From positions 1 through 57,251 of the IMG/VR virus record IMGVR_UViG_3300025608_000026: a stretch of DNA of 57,251 nt. One strand, written 5' to 3'. The DNA is from a virus. Lineage: Duplodnaviria > Caudoviricetes. Under the pieces are notes generated by a model. That model saw nothing but the letters and a program-made list of their open reading frames with translations. It was not told the DNA's origin and searched no databases. Positions 10,801-19,704 of the stretch are shown one piece after another (the first letter of the stretch is position 1; each line of letters begins with the position of its first letter). The position numbers were made by a program, and so were the translations under genes.

Positions 10801-12103
10801 AAGAGTCCTTAACGTAGTATTTGAAATGAGTTGCCCACTGTTCTTGCGGTGATTTTTCCGCATTAGGCACTGCACTCGTTATTTTAGCTTCTAAAGACTG
10901 GGTTCCGTCAGAACTAAACTTACTTGTATATTTAGTTCCTTCGCCTACTAAAAGTGCTCCTTGTCTGCCAAAAGCGTCTTCGTAAACAACTCCAACTTCA
11001 TAATCCCTAGCTCCCTTAACGCTTAATCCGCTAAAAGTTGATTTTTCCTTTTGAGTTACTGTTATATCAGCGGAAGCTTCTTGCTCGAAGCCAAATTCAT
11101 AGTTACCATATATAAGTCTATTAGCAGTAACCTCTTGAGCTTTAGCTAAGGTTGGTATACTATCAAAATGTCTTGATAATTGATTATTAGGTAGAGCCGA
11201 GTAAAAAGATCTTTTTGTAAACACCTGATCTTTTATATAATTAGGATCTGTACCAAAATCTTTTTTACGTATTGTTTTTAAAGTATATACAGTTGAACTT
11301 ATTGATTCTGTGTATAGCACTTCTACTTCAATAACATCTTCTTCTCCTCTTGGTATATTACCAACGGTTATTTCTGTTACTATATTTCTAGCTGCTTTGT
11401 TATAACCTTCTTTAAAATGCTCTTTTGAGTCATACTCATCAACTTCAAATACAGGTTCTGTAAAAAACGAGAACGGGCTGTATTCGCCATCTGAAAATTT
11501 CCATCTGTATGCAAATTGCGGAAATATTTCTTCAAAAGGAAGTATTTCTTTATCTGCATCAACAACAGTTTTAATTGTTAACCTTTCCTTTGGGTGCGGT
11601 TTGATTACAGTTAAATCGCTATCTAAAAAGTTTCTTGAATATATTTTTGTTGGAACTGCTGAATGATTCGCTTTTTTCCACTTACTAATATTAAGTTTAC
11701 GTGGCTCATTTCTGTCGTCTGTCCAAAACAACATTCCATCAATGATGTTAATTCCAGTAATTAAAAAATCAGTTGAAAAGTTTAAAGTACCACGTACCAA
11801 TATATTTACTTTTCCTGAAGCGGGTACATATTCATATATTCCATCAAAAGCAGTAGCTTTTATAAACCAATACACATTACCAGTCGATGAATCTGCTATT
11901 GAACCAATAACCTTGGCACTAGGCTCATTTATAACACCAACAGCTTCGTTGCCCAATAAGTTTTCAACAGTGCTAGCGTCTGATGATTCTGAAGTGCCTA
12001 TATTTACATTTAAAGCATCTCGATATTCTCCGGGACTAATTAGCCGTTCGTCTAAATCTTTATTTAAACGACCTGCTAAAAATGTATTTTTAATTTCTGG
12101 CAT
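7838..12103 (-). CDS. Tail tubular/nozzle (stabilisation, P22 gp10-like) protein
   Basis: 1421 aa; N-terminal F..G.LNKDLDERL..GEYRDALN and beta-propeller-like segments typical of crAss-like/podoviral nozzle proteins; synteny. Confidence 0.7.
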   Translation of the reverse strand: MPEIKNTFLAGRLNKDLDERLISPGEYRDALNVNIGTSESSDASTVENLLGNEAVGVINEPSAKVIGSIADSSTGNVYWFIKATAFDGIYEYVPASGKVNILVRGTLNFSTDFLITGINIIDGMLFWTDDRNEPRKLNISKWKKANHSAVPTKIYSRNFLDSDLTVIKPHPKERLTIKTVVDADKEILPFEEIFPQFAYRWKFSDGEYSPFSFFTEPVFEVDEYDSKEHFKEGYNKAARNIVTEITVGNIPRGEEDVIEVEVLYTESISSTVYTLKTIRKKDFGTDPNYIKDQVFTKRSFYSALPNNQLSRHFDSIPTLAKAQEVTANRLIYGNYEFGFEQEASADITVTQKEKSTFSGLSVKGARDYEVGVVYEDAFGRQGALLVGEGTKYTSKFSSDGTQSLEAKITSAVPNAEKSPQEQWATHFKYYVKDSSNDHHNFPVYNTFNDGDGDKDNSEFIWLQIDSNDRNKVSEDTFIIPRRHTHGDLITGNGTNSLAFTKQSSDITDGSLNTINFNVDKSEDLETRNTVIWAPGVAGTSDQSAKHNGLNSTCNNPDWIFTCTVAGNYSFEFEGDLNFVRRTKAFNKNNAFIRSNASFQKVKNNQTFASLSSQPGGVGYERAANYIITDIKKDGNSEKDFRFYVTVEYQLEVGDRVRPVIFKERSRDKGNVYMNIVDTTFRTLSTPVDPNATAPPVEQFNHIVKNLSKHRIIEIENEAPDIVRNQLPVETRKVGSTVQYGYVSDSFNFLTDSSKRVFLTKEGFGGNNDQHSSLYTENDTELFYEISNNSSGYKNIPLISALNNILAFENLGSLSVRDDVSEIQPAEWVQTIDVSELEGGLWYGVGDLGTSDTIKSTENKIKILEISLGFSQHNYDQNHDVRDILKIVLEEPVGVNPRDQDFAIFKGEITENALKNIQGSFFAKVKRSTSNKNFTVRKTLLGKELKIPVGLHKLPTGQSTFNDENEVNTLQTIWFETVPEIEDSNLNLFWEASKSIPIAEHGNTHTLDFYNCIAFVKDGVFLETQRVFDKFNSVQMAKGVRVNVPQENYAKERRKAGLIFSGIYNSRTGTNRLNEFVYSDGITKDLEPNYGSLQKLHTRDTNLVALCESKVFTIMADKDILYSGSGNPQVVASNRVLGQTTPFLGDFGIGLDPSSFASYANRMYFTDRPRGSVIRISTDGITEISESGMSDFFRDKLNSNSSKLIGSYDSYNGQYLLSLDDYSLTFSEDQKGWVSRVSYVPEAGVSVNNIFYTFNQGDIWQHNSVNVNRNNFYNVQYKSYLTTVFNQEPSAIKSFKTINYEGTAGWQVPFILTDQQAGYVIDFENKEGKWYNNINGISNVNVITELNNLIDPNGPIDFYKKDNLKSISNGLANNENAYEFSIQSNSSQNEYLGIGSMTSATLVNGNPPSEPSGNTTITFNVQ

Positions 12104-12106
12104 ACT

Positions 12107-13048
12107 TTAGTGTTTTATCCATTTAGATTTGCCTCTTAGCACTTGAGCCATCTCTTCAGATTTATAGTTAGTTAACCTTATTTTTGTATTTCGCATTTTA
12201 GCACTTGCTTCTTTTTTGTATAAAGCAACTCCTGGCGCGGCAGATGGCCTTAGTTTAGCCAAATTATACAACATGTAAGCATATAGAGCGTCTTCAGCAA
12301 GCTTTGGCACATAAACCTTAGATAAGTCTCCGTCGTCTGATAAGCCATCAGAAATGTAGTCTAAAACAATTAGCTCATCTTGTTTAACCCCTCCGTCAAA
12401 AAATATTACACCGTTTACTTTATCAATATAAAATGTGCTAGCTGCCGACATGTACTCTGGGTTAGCGCCAAACTTCTTATTAAAGTAGTCGAAGTTATCG
12501 TCATTGTAATTATTTCTGTAATAATCATTAGCCTCTAGGTTAACATCACGAACGTCTGGATCCTGAAATCTGCTAATTGTATTAGAAGCAGAAGCCTCTT
12601 CTATATTACCGTCAGCATCGTAAGTATAGTCGTAGTCGCTGTCTTGTAATGGAGCGGTGGGGTTACCAGTTTTTCTGCCTGGTAATAAAGGTTTTTTATT
12701 GCCTAGTTTATCAATGCAAGACACTTTTACATAAGAAACGTAATCTTGTGGCAATGGTATTTGTCTAGCTGGGTTTAATTCAACCTCAATGCTTTTTTCA
12801 GAGTGCAAAACATCATAGCTAAACTCTTGTAATCCTCTTTGTGCCCAAAAAGCAACTTCGTACTCAGGCACTTTAGCTAAAATTTTATCGTCACCTATAT
12901 AAGCAACTACAAAGTTGTTTATTACGTCTTCTAAGCTTGTTCTTTGATAATAGCCTAAGCCCTTAAAATCTGCGGGGATGTTGTCTGTATCGTTTTCAAA
13001 CTTTGCGTAATAATTTTTTTCAGTATATATTTTGTTTAACTCAGCCAT
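12107..13048 (-). CDS. Tail ring / head-tail adaptor protein
   Basis: 313 aa; contains LPQDYVSY motif; lies between capsid and nozzle genes. Confidence 0.55.
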   Translation of the reverse strand: MAELNKIYTEKNYYAKFENDTDNIPADFKGLGYYQRTSLEDVINNFVVAYIGDDKILAKVPEYEVAFWAQRGLQEFSYDVLHSEKSIEVELNPARQIPLPQDYVSYVKVSCIDKLGNKKPLLPGRKTGNPTAPLQDSDYDYTYDADGNIEEASASNTISRFQDPDVRDVNLEANDYYRNNYNDDNFDYFNKKFGANPEYMSAASTFYIDKVNGVIFFDGGVKQDELIVLDYISDGLSDDGDLSKVYVPKLAEDALYAYMLYNLAKLRPSAAPGVALYKKEASAKMRNTKIRLTNYKSEEMAQVLRGKSKWIKH

Positions 13049-13746
13049 TATCGTTCAGATTGTGTTACTTGTTGTTCTTTTTGTGCTGCCGCTTGAGCTA
13101 CGTCTATTGATTTAGTAGATAAGCCAGCGTATTGACATATCTTAAGTACCAATTCAGTTATTTCCGATGGATGCAACTCAAAATCTGTTGACGTGTTTGC
13201 ATTATATACGGCTTTACCGTTAACAGTTAAATAACTCCAATTAACTTCAGCTGGTATTCTTACGTAACTTAAGTTAATTTCAGTAACCCCAGTAGATGGT
13301 GAAACAACTAACCCGCCTTCATGGCGTGCGTATATAGGGTTTTTAACTGTTGGCTTTGTTAGCTTAGATTTATTTACATATAAAAAGTCTTTAGTTGAAA
13401 CTTCTGTTGCAAAAGTATTATTTAAAGAAATTGCTATTAGCGAATAAAAATTACTAGGGTAAGCAAAATAACTGCTAGTAGTATTTCCAGCAGCATTGTT
13501 AAAAGTTGTTGGCGTTAAAGTATCTTCGTTTTCAAAAAAAGATATTTTTTCCTCAACATTCTTTTGAATATCAGAGTAATCTGAATCGTTTGAAGGAACA
13601 TAATTTCTTAAAGAAAAGTACCCTCCAAAAATTTCATTTTGGGCTTGGTTTGCAAATAAGTTAAACTCTACAGGAGGTAAATAGCCCCGCTGTTCTTTAT
13701 TAAGTATTTTTTGCACTGTTTGATAAACTCTATCTATACCTACCAT
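13048..13746 (-). CDS. Head-tail connector (ring) protein
   Basis: 232 aa; ILNKEQRGY..P.EFN.FANQAQ and Y.R.P motifs; synteny. Confidence 0.55.
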   Translation of the reverse strand: MVGIDRVYQTVQKILNKEQRGYLPPVEFNLFANQAQNEIFGGYFSLRNYVPSNDSDYSDIQKNVEEKISFFENEDTLTPTTFNNAAGNTTSSYFAYPSNFYSLIAISLNNTFATEVSTKDFLYVNKSKLTKPTVKNPIYARHEGGLVVSPSTGVTEINLSYVRIPAEVNWSYLTVNGKAVYNANTSTDFELHPSEITELVLKICQYAGLSTKSIDVAQAAAQKEQQVTQSER

Positions 13747-13768
13747 TGATTTGTTTTATTAATTAGAT

Positions 13769-13796
13769 GGTTATGATTAAACGAATAATCATAACC
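13769..13796. other. Perfect 11-bp intergenic hairpin
   Basis: GGTTATGATTA-6 nt loop-TAATCATAACC; no U-tract. Confidence 0.6.
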
Positions 13797-13803
13797 TGGT
13801 GTT

Positions 13804-14529
13804 TTATGAAAGTTTCTTTTCAATAGCTTTCATAACGTCTACGCCTTCATCTGTTTTTAAGAATCGTGCAAACGCTGCATATGGGTGTTCATCAAATGGA
13901 ACTGTCATAATTTTTTTACTATTAGTTGACCATTTGAATATTGTGTTGTCGTCTGTTAATTTAACGATGCCAGCTTCGACACATCGGTTTGCTAAATTAC
14001 GAAGTTTAATATCTTCGTCCTGTGCTACTTCAATAAATAGCTTAGGCATGTTTCTAGCAAACATATAACAATCTCTTTTGATTTCTTTAGAAGACATTTT
14101 AGTTACATCAGAACCAATTTCAGTTCTTAATATAGCTTCTAAGTGCTCTATATCAAGCTCTTGAACTAGTTTTAATGCTTCTAGCTCTAGTTCTATAATA
14201 TCTATATCATCTATAGCTTCTTGCACAAAATCAATTTCTTCCCATAGGTTAAACCTGTCCGGGTGATAAAGTGAAAGCAATTGTTGCAATAAAGGCTGGT
14301 TTCTTGGCACTGTTAAAACGCCATCAGTAAATACGATGTGCTCTAGCTTTGCAAAACCGTCTTGTTCATCCGCAAATAAAGACTTTTGATTAGTAGAGTA
14401 TCTTAGCTCTCTATTAATACCTTTTTCTTCATCAAAGAACAAAAGCCCCGTGCTTTTTATTTTATAAGTTAACGGCGACATGCCGTTTTTAAGAACATAA
14501 GTTCTATCTTTAATTTCCCAATTTTTCAT
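13804..14529 (-). CDS. Hypothetical protein downstream of major capsid gene
   Basis: 241-aa ORF with A-rich leader. Confidence 0.6.
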   Translation of the reverse strand: MKNWEIKDRTYVLKNGMSPLTYKIKSTGLLFFDEEKGINRELRYSTNQKSLFADEQDGFAKLEHIVFTDGVLTVPRNQPLLQQLLSLYHPDRFNLWEEIDFVQEAIDDIDIIELELEALKLVQELDIEHLEAILRTEIGSDVTKMSSKEIKRDCYMFARNMPKLFIEVAQDEDIKLRNLANRCVEAGIVKLTDDNTIFKWSTNSKKIMTVPFDEHPYAAFARFLKTDEGVDVMKAIEKKLS

Positions 14530-14551
14530 ATATAATTTAATAAGATAATTT

Positions 14552-14598
14552 AAAAAAAATAACTGAAGGGGCGACCGTTAAGCCACCCCACAGTTATA
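14552..14598 (-). terminator. Rho-independent terminator after major capsid gene
   Basis: Minus strand ATAACTG-T-GGGGTGGCT-TAAC-GGTCGCCCC-TT-CAGTTAT followed by a T-run; the G-U pairs only form on the minus strand. Confidence 0.85.
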
Positions 14599-14606
14599 TT
14601 AATCTA

Positions 14607-16055
14607 CTACTTCAATAAGAAGAAGTTGTTTGCACCTTGAGTAATCAAACATCTTTCAGATAAGAAATTAACTCGCATTTCGTCTACAGAAGAAGTATAA
14701 GCTCCTCCAACAGATCCAGTGATCCAAGTTTTCATTTTTCTATCATCAGTTTCAGATGAACGATAACGGATGTGTAAGAATGGACGCTTGATGTTTTTAC
14801 CAAGATCTTGATCGTACACAGTAGATGTACCTGCAGGAATAATAGCTCCTTCAACATCTCCAAATCCACCGCGAGTTGCGAAGTCATTTAGATATTTCCA
14901 GTCAGTTTTGTAGAAGTCATAAGAACCTCTGCGGAAACCGCTAAATCCTAGGTTAAGAGCCATATCTTCAGAGTTGTTAAATACTCCGTAAGAAGTACCT
15001 CCTGCTCCGTAAGAATTTTTAGCTGCCAGTGCATCGTCAATTGCTAAAGATAAAGCGCGGTTGCTATAGATCATATTTTCTTCAATAGATCCGTTTTTAT
15101 CTAATTGCTTAAGGATGCTGTCAAAACCAGTCATGTCAGAACCTAGATCTGTAGAAAGACCTCCGTATACATTTCCACGTGATTCTAATGCAGCAAAGAA
15201 TCCTTCAGAACCAGAATAAGTTCCAATATCAGATCCTGCTCCAGCAGTTTTTACTGCTTCAACCATAGTCATTTCTAAGTTGTCTTCAAAACGTAAACGA
15301 GTTTCGTGCTCAGACTTTAGGTACCATAGGTATCCGCTAGCTCCGTTTTCTGAAGCAACTTCAATCCACCCGATTTGTGCAGTGTCAGAACCATTAACAG
15401 CATAGTTATCTTTTAAGATAATAGGCTTGTTAGTGTAAGAAGAGTAGTCAGAATCTACAGATCCAACCATCCCGTCAGTTCCTTTTGCAAATTCAGAACC
15501 ATAAGCAAGTACTGTAGCGTGGTGATAAGAAGCAGCAGAGGTAACAGCACCAAAGTTAGCAGCAGTATAACATACAGCTGTAAAAGTACCTGTGTCTCCA
15601 GCTCCAGCAGCTCCAGCAACTGTAACAACACCTTTTAATACAGGACCAGTAGCAACGTTTGCGCTAGTTTGTCCTTGTACCATAATGGTTTGTCCAGCAC
15701 GGAATATAGGCGCAGCGCCAGCAGCATGTGCAGATCCATCAGCGTTAGCATCAAAAGTTACTGTAAATTCAGTAGCTCCGTTAGCCCCAGGTGTTCCAAG
15801 AGCAACATTTTGGTAACGCGTGTGCAGACGCCCTTGCTCTACCCAACGAATTTCGTCAGATGTAGATGGCATTTCGGCTGATACCATACGTAAGAAAGAA
15901 GAAATAGAACGGTTTCCGTAAATTTCAGCTTCCTTTTCGTATACGTCAGGTAAAAATTGTTTTGTAAAATCGAAATCATTAATGTAATTTCCTTGAAATA
16001 ATACTCCCTTAGTTGCTGAGGGAGATAAGTGTTCAATGCCAGTAGTTATAGCCAT
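14607..16055 (-). CDS. Major capsid protein
   Basis: 482 aa; QFLPDVYEKE.E.YGNR.ISSFLRMV.AEMP..SD.I.W.EQGRLH resembles marine Bacteroidota/crAss-like capsids; follows portal and scaffold; strong terminator downstream. Confidence 0.85.
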   Translation of the reverse strand: MAITTGIEHLSPSATKGVLFQGNYINDFDFTKQFLPDVYEKEAEIYGNRSISSFLRMVSAEMPSTSDEIRWVEQGRLHTRYQNVALGTPGANGATEFTVTFDANADGSAHAAGAAPIFRAGQTIMVQGQTSANVATGPVLKGVVTVAGAAGAGDTGTFTAVCYTAANFGAVTSAASYHHATVLAYGSEFAKGTDGMVGSVDSDYSSYTNKPIILKDNYAVNGSDTAQIGWIEVASENGASGYLWYLKSEHETRLRFEDNLEMTMVEAVKTAGAGSDIGTYSGSEGFFAALESRGNVYGGLSTDLGSDMTGFDSILKQLDKNGSIEENMIYSNRALSLAIDDALAAKNSYGAGGTSYGVFNNSEDMALNLGFSGFRRGSYDFYKTDWKYLNDFATRGGFGDVEGAIIPAGTSTVYDQDLGKNIKRPFLHIRYRSSETDDRKMKTWITGSVGGAYTSSVDEMRVNFLSERCLITQGANNFFLLK

Positions 16056-16071
16056 TGTAATAAATTTTTAG

Positions 16072-17286
16072 TTAGTTTTTTAGTTTCATTCTTAGTTTAG
16101 AACTAGAATCACCTGATACAACTTTAAATTTCTGTCCAGATTTAGTTTGTACAACGCCTTCTTTTCTGGGGTCCATATTAATATTTTTAGCATCCTTAGC
16201 GGCATTGCGAAGAGCATCGGCACGGCCTTGCTCATAAAAATGTTCTGCAAGCTTGTCTGCATTTCTAGCAGCAAACAATGCTTTATGGTATCCCTTAGCG
16301 TCACTAATCTGACCATCATCTCCTAAAAATCCTTTAACAAAATTGTTAATGTCTGATTGCTGCGTTTTTGTTTCAGCAGCATTGTTGACTTTAAATCGGT
16401 ATTTATTGTTTCCAACCTGGAAATCAAAACCTTTAAATTTGTCATTAAAAACATTATCTGTTTTTTGTAAAAAAGATTGCTTTAGTTGTTCATTAAATTC
16501 AGCGCTCTGTTTATATTCGTTATAATACGTAAAAGCTTCTTGGTACTCCTGAGGAATATCTTGTTGCTTATTCAACTTGAGGTCAGCATAATATTTCTCT
16601 TTGTTTCCTTCCAAAAACTTTTTAGCATTAAATAACTCTTCTTTAAACGCTCTCTTCTTAGAGCGAATTTCTCTTGGGTCATCATCTTCATCATATGAAA
16701 AATTATCTTCCATATATTCTGAAACTTCTTGAGCGTCCCAAGGTTTTGATTGATTATAGTACTCTCTTAATAAATCACCATCATTATACGATGATAAATC
16801 TTTGTTTAACAAAACATAATCTTCAACAGTTCCGCCAGTTTCTTCCATAAACTTTATAAGCTTATCAACATTTTCTGGCAAAACAACCGGAGCAGCGGGC
16901 TCTGGCAACTCATTTACTTTAGCGGAGTTTGCGTCAACTGCAGGTTTTGTATCTACCGGCGCTTCGTCTTCTTCTTCGATAACGAGCTCGAGCGGAGAGC
17001 CTTCTTCGGTTTCGGTTTGCTCCCGTACTTCTTCGACCACTTCTTCGCTATTTCCGGTTTCATTTTCCACAGAAACCTCCTCTGTTTTTCGCTCTTGAAC
17101 GGCATCTTCTGTTGGTTTGTTTAGTTCGTCTAAATTAATTTTAGGCACTTCGTCTACTGTTTGACCAGCAGCTTCTGGGGTAATGTCCCCAGCTTCAACC
17201 GCTTTGTCTAATACAGCTTGTTCTTGCTCTTGTGCTGACTTTTGTGTTGTATCGTCAACAACACCTTTAATTTTCCATTCACTCAT
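16072..17286 (-). CDS. Capsid scaffolding protein
   Basis: 404 aa; very acidic low-complexity N-terminal half, helical C-terminal half; between portal and capsid genes. Confidence 0.65.
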   Translation of the reverse strand: MSEWKIKGVVDDTTQKSAQEQEQAVLDKAVEAGDITPEAAGQTVDEVPKINLDELNKPTEDAVQERKTEEVSVENETGNSEEVVEEVREQTETEEGSPLELVIEEEDEAPVDTKPAVDANSAKVNELPEPAAPVVLPENVDKLIKFMEETGGTVEDYVLLNKDLSSYNDGDLLREYYNQSKPWDAQEVSEYMEDNFSYDEDDDPREIRSKKRAFKEELFNAKKFLEGNKEKYYADLKLNKQQDIPQEYQEAFTYYNEYKQSAEFNEQLKQSFLQKTDNVFNDKFKGFDFQVGNNKYRFKVNNAAETKTQQSDINNFVKGFLGDDGQISDAKGYHKALFAARNADKLAEHFYEQGRADALRNAAKDAKNINMDPRKEGVVQTKSGQKFKVVSGDSSSKLRMKLKN

Positions 17287-17317
17287 AATTTAATAATATA
17301 TAATAGTTATTGTTTTT

Positions 17318-19702
17318 TTATCTAGGCTCAAAACTGCTTAAATCAATACCCCCTAAAACATCATTGCCTTTAGACTCAAAAGATTTCTGAGGTTTTGATA
17401 TTGACGGCGGGCCAGATATATCAGAATCTGTAATTTTGGCTCCAGCTATTTCTTTTTTAGCATCTAGCTCCATTTTTTTAAGCTTAGTATTTAAATCAAA
17501 TTCAAATTGCATTAAACTCTTTTTAGTTTCAGCCTCAACCTGTAGTTTTCTTATGTCAAAACTAGATTGAGCTTCGGCTAATTTAGTTTTAGCTTCAGCC
17601 TTCATCATTTCAGATTGACCCTTAGCCATTTCTGCCGCTTGAGCTGCTTGCGCGTTTGCTTGAGACTGTGCAGCAATATTTCTTTCTGCCATCTGCTGAT
17701 CTTGCGCTTGTTTCTTAGCTCTTCTAAACTTAATAAGTTGATTTGCTAATTTTATATTTTTTATCTGCCGTATGTCTATTACGTCATCTAAACTTATTTG
17801 ATCCCTCGACAATGCAATTTGTATGTTGTTTTCAACTAATTGTTTTTCATCTTCGTCAGGGTCAAGCTCTAAGAATATACCAAAGTCGTGCATATGCAGG
17901 TTATCCATTTCCTGTAAAGCACCTACGCTAAATCTACCTATGCCTGTAATCATTGCATCTCTTTGGGGATGAAAAGCCAGCACATCTTTTATTCTAATAC
18001 ATATTGCTTCTGCTAAAGTTGACGTTATGTACATTGATGAATGCAACACGTGTCTAGTGGCTGTGTTAGAATTAGCGGCAGCTAATTTTTGAACGCCTAC
18101 TAAAGCATATTGGTCTGGGTCACTTCCATCTCTAGCTTCATTAAGTCCTGTTACATCGCGTATCATGTTTAGATAGTAGTTGTAAGCTTGTATTAACATA
18201 GTAGATTGTTGTCCACCACCACCAGGTAATTCTTGAATAGGTATTTTACCAGGGTTCATTTCCCCATCAACCGTCATAGATCTACCTATAACAGACCCCG
18301 TTTGGAAGTACATGTTTAATGCTTCTTGCGGGTTATAGTTAGTACCATTTCCTAAATCAATTTCAGCCAAGCCGTCCGCATCTAAGTAAACGCCCGAGGG
18401 TGTCATTCTTTGCAGCACTTGTTGCAGTTTTAAATGTGTAAGCTGTATTAAATCAGCATATGCTACCATTCTGCCAACTAAGCTTTCAATTTTGCCTTGG
18501 TACATTCTAGGTGCGCTAACAACGTAATTCATCATTACCTTATTAGCATTAGAGTCAGGTCTAACCATATTAGTAGCTTTCTCCCATTTGAGAAGACTGT
18601 TAGCGCCTAGCACCATTACACCTTCATAAATAGCTTCAATAGCTGTTTCTACTTTTTCAAACCTAGTTCTTTGATCTTTTGGAGGATTAAATGTATCGTC
18701 TTTTTTAATCGCTTTTTTTGCCCCAGTAGATGTTTCTTTTATTTTATAAACACTTTTTTCCCAAGTTTTCCAATTAAAATAAAGAACACTTAATGTGTTG
18801 CTGTCATAAGAATCATCTAAAATGTTTGTTGCGTAATCGTAGTTTTTATAATTACTAGATTGTTTAACAGCAAGATCAAACTCTTCATCAGATAAATTAG
18901 GAAATTGTTTTTTAAGCTCGTTTGCTTTAATTTGTTTTACTTCTCCGAAATAATATACATCTTGAAAATTAGGGTCCTCAGTATACGAATACACTAAACT
19001 AGAAGGGTCCACATACTCAATGGTAATACCGTCAGTATTATTAAAGCCATGCTTAGCAGCTGCCATCCCAACAACAGTTTGATCGTAATCTAAGCGCTTT
19101 TTTGTTTCAAAGTATTTGTTTCTTTTAAATACGTTTTCAACACTTTGCTCAATAGCTATTTCCGTTTGTTGTTTGTAGCCAATTTGCATGTGTAGCTCCA
19201 ACTCTTCTGGGCTAGATGGCAAATCTCCCTTTTTTACGTTCCTAACATTTACGCCAAGCTTATCTTCAATTTCGTTCATTAAATCTTGAGTATTCATATC
19301 CTCAAGAATCATTTCTACAAAATTAGTTCTTTCTTTAACAGAAGTAGGGTCTTGCGCAAAAGCTTTTATAGTAAACAATCTGTCTTGCATTCCGTTTACA
19401 ACAATATCTACAAACTTAGGAATAATTGGGACTGGTGTCCAATCTAAGTTTAAATAAGATAAATCGCCGTTAACAGAAAATTCGTCTTTGTACTTTTGAA
19501 TTGATTGCTCACCTCTTGCATATAATCTTAACTTATGAAAGTCTCTTTGGTTTTGAGCAAACCTTCCTGTACCAGATGATTTTCTGAACCACTCATTTTG
19601 TATACCTCGCGCCACTTCCATTCCGTAGTCTTTGCTCGCTTTGGTAGCATCGTCAACCGATTGGCTGGGAAATTGGGTAACTTGTCCTGTAGCTTCTGCC
19701 AT
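17318..19702 (-). CDS. Portal protein
   Basis: 794 aa; LDWTPVPIIPKFVDIVVNG motif, Q/A-rich C-terminal coiled coil; immediately after TerL. Confidence 0.85.
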   Translation of the reverse strand: MAEATGQVTQFPSQSVDDATKASKDYGMEVARGIQNEWFRKSSGTGRFAQNQRDFHKLRLYARGEQSIQKYKDEFSVNGDLSYLNLDWTPVPIIPKFVDIVVNGMQDRLFTIKAFAQDPTSVKERTNFVEMILEDMNTQDLMNEIEDKLGVNVRNVKKGDLPSSPEELELHMQIGYKQQTEIAIEQSVENVFKRNKYFETKKRLDYDQTVVGMAAAKHGFNNTDGITIEYVDPSSLVYSYTEDPNFQDVYYFGEVKQIKANELKKQFPNLSDEEFDLAVKQSSNYKNYDYATNILDDSYDSNTLSVLYFNWKTWEKSVYKIKETSTGAKKAIKKDDTFNPPKDQRTRFEKVETAIEAIYEGVMVLGANSLLKWEKATNMVRPDSNANKVMMNYVVSAPRMYQGKIESLVGRMVAYADLIQLTHLKLQQVLQRMTPSGVYLDADGLAEIDLGNGTNYNPQEALNMYFQTGSVIGRSMTVDGEMNPGKIPIQELPGGGGQQSTMLIQAYNYYLNMIRDVTGLNEARDGSDPDQYALVGVQKLAAANSNTATRHVLHSSMYITSTLAEAICIRIKDVLAFHPQRDAMITGIGRFSVGALQEMDNLHMHDFGIFLELDPDEDEKQLVENNIQIALSRDQISLDDVIDIRQIKNIKLANQLIKFRRAKKQAQDQQMAERNIAAQSQANAQAAQAAEMAKGQSEMMKAEAKTKLAEAQSSFDIRKLQVEAETKKSLMQFEFDLNTKLKKMELDAKKEIAGAKITDSDISGPPSISKPQKSFESKGNDVLGGIDLSSFEPR

Positions 19703-19704
19703 TT

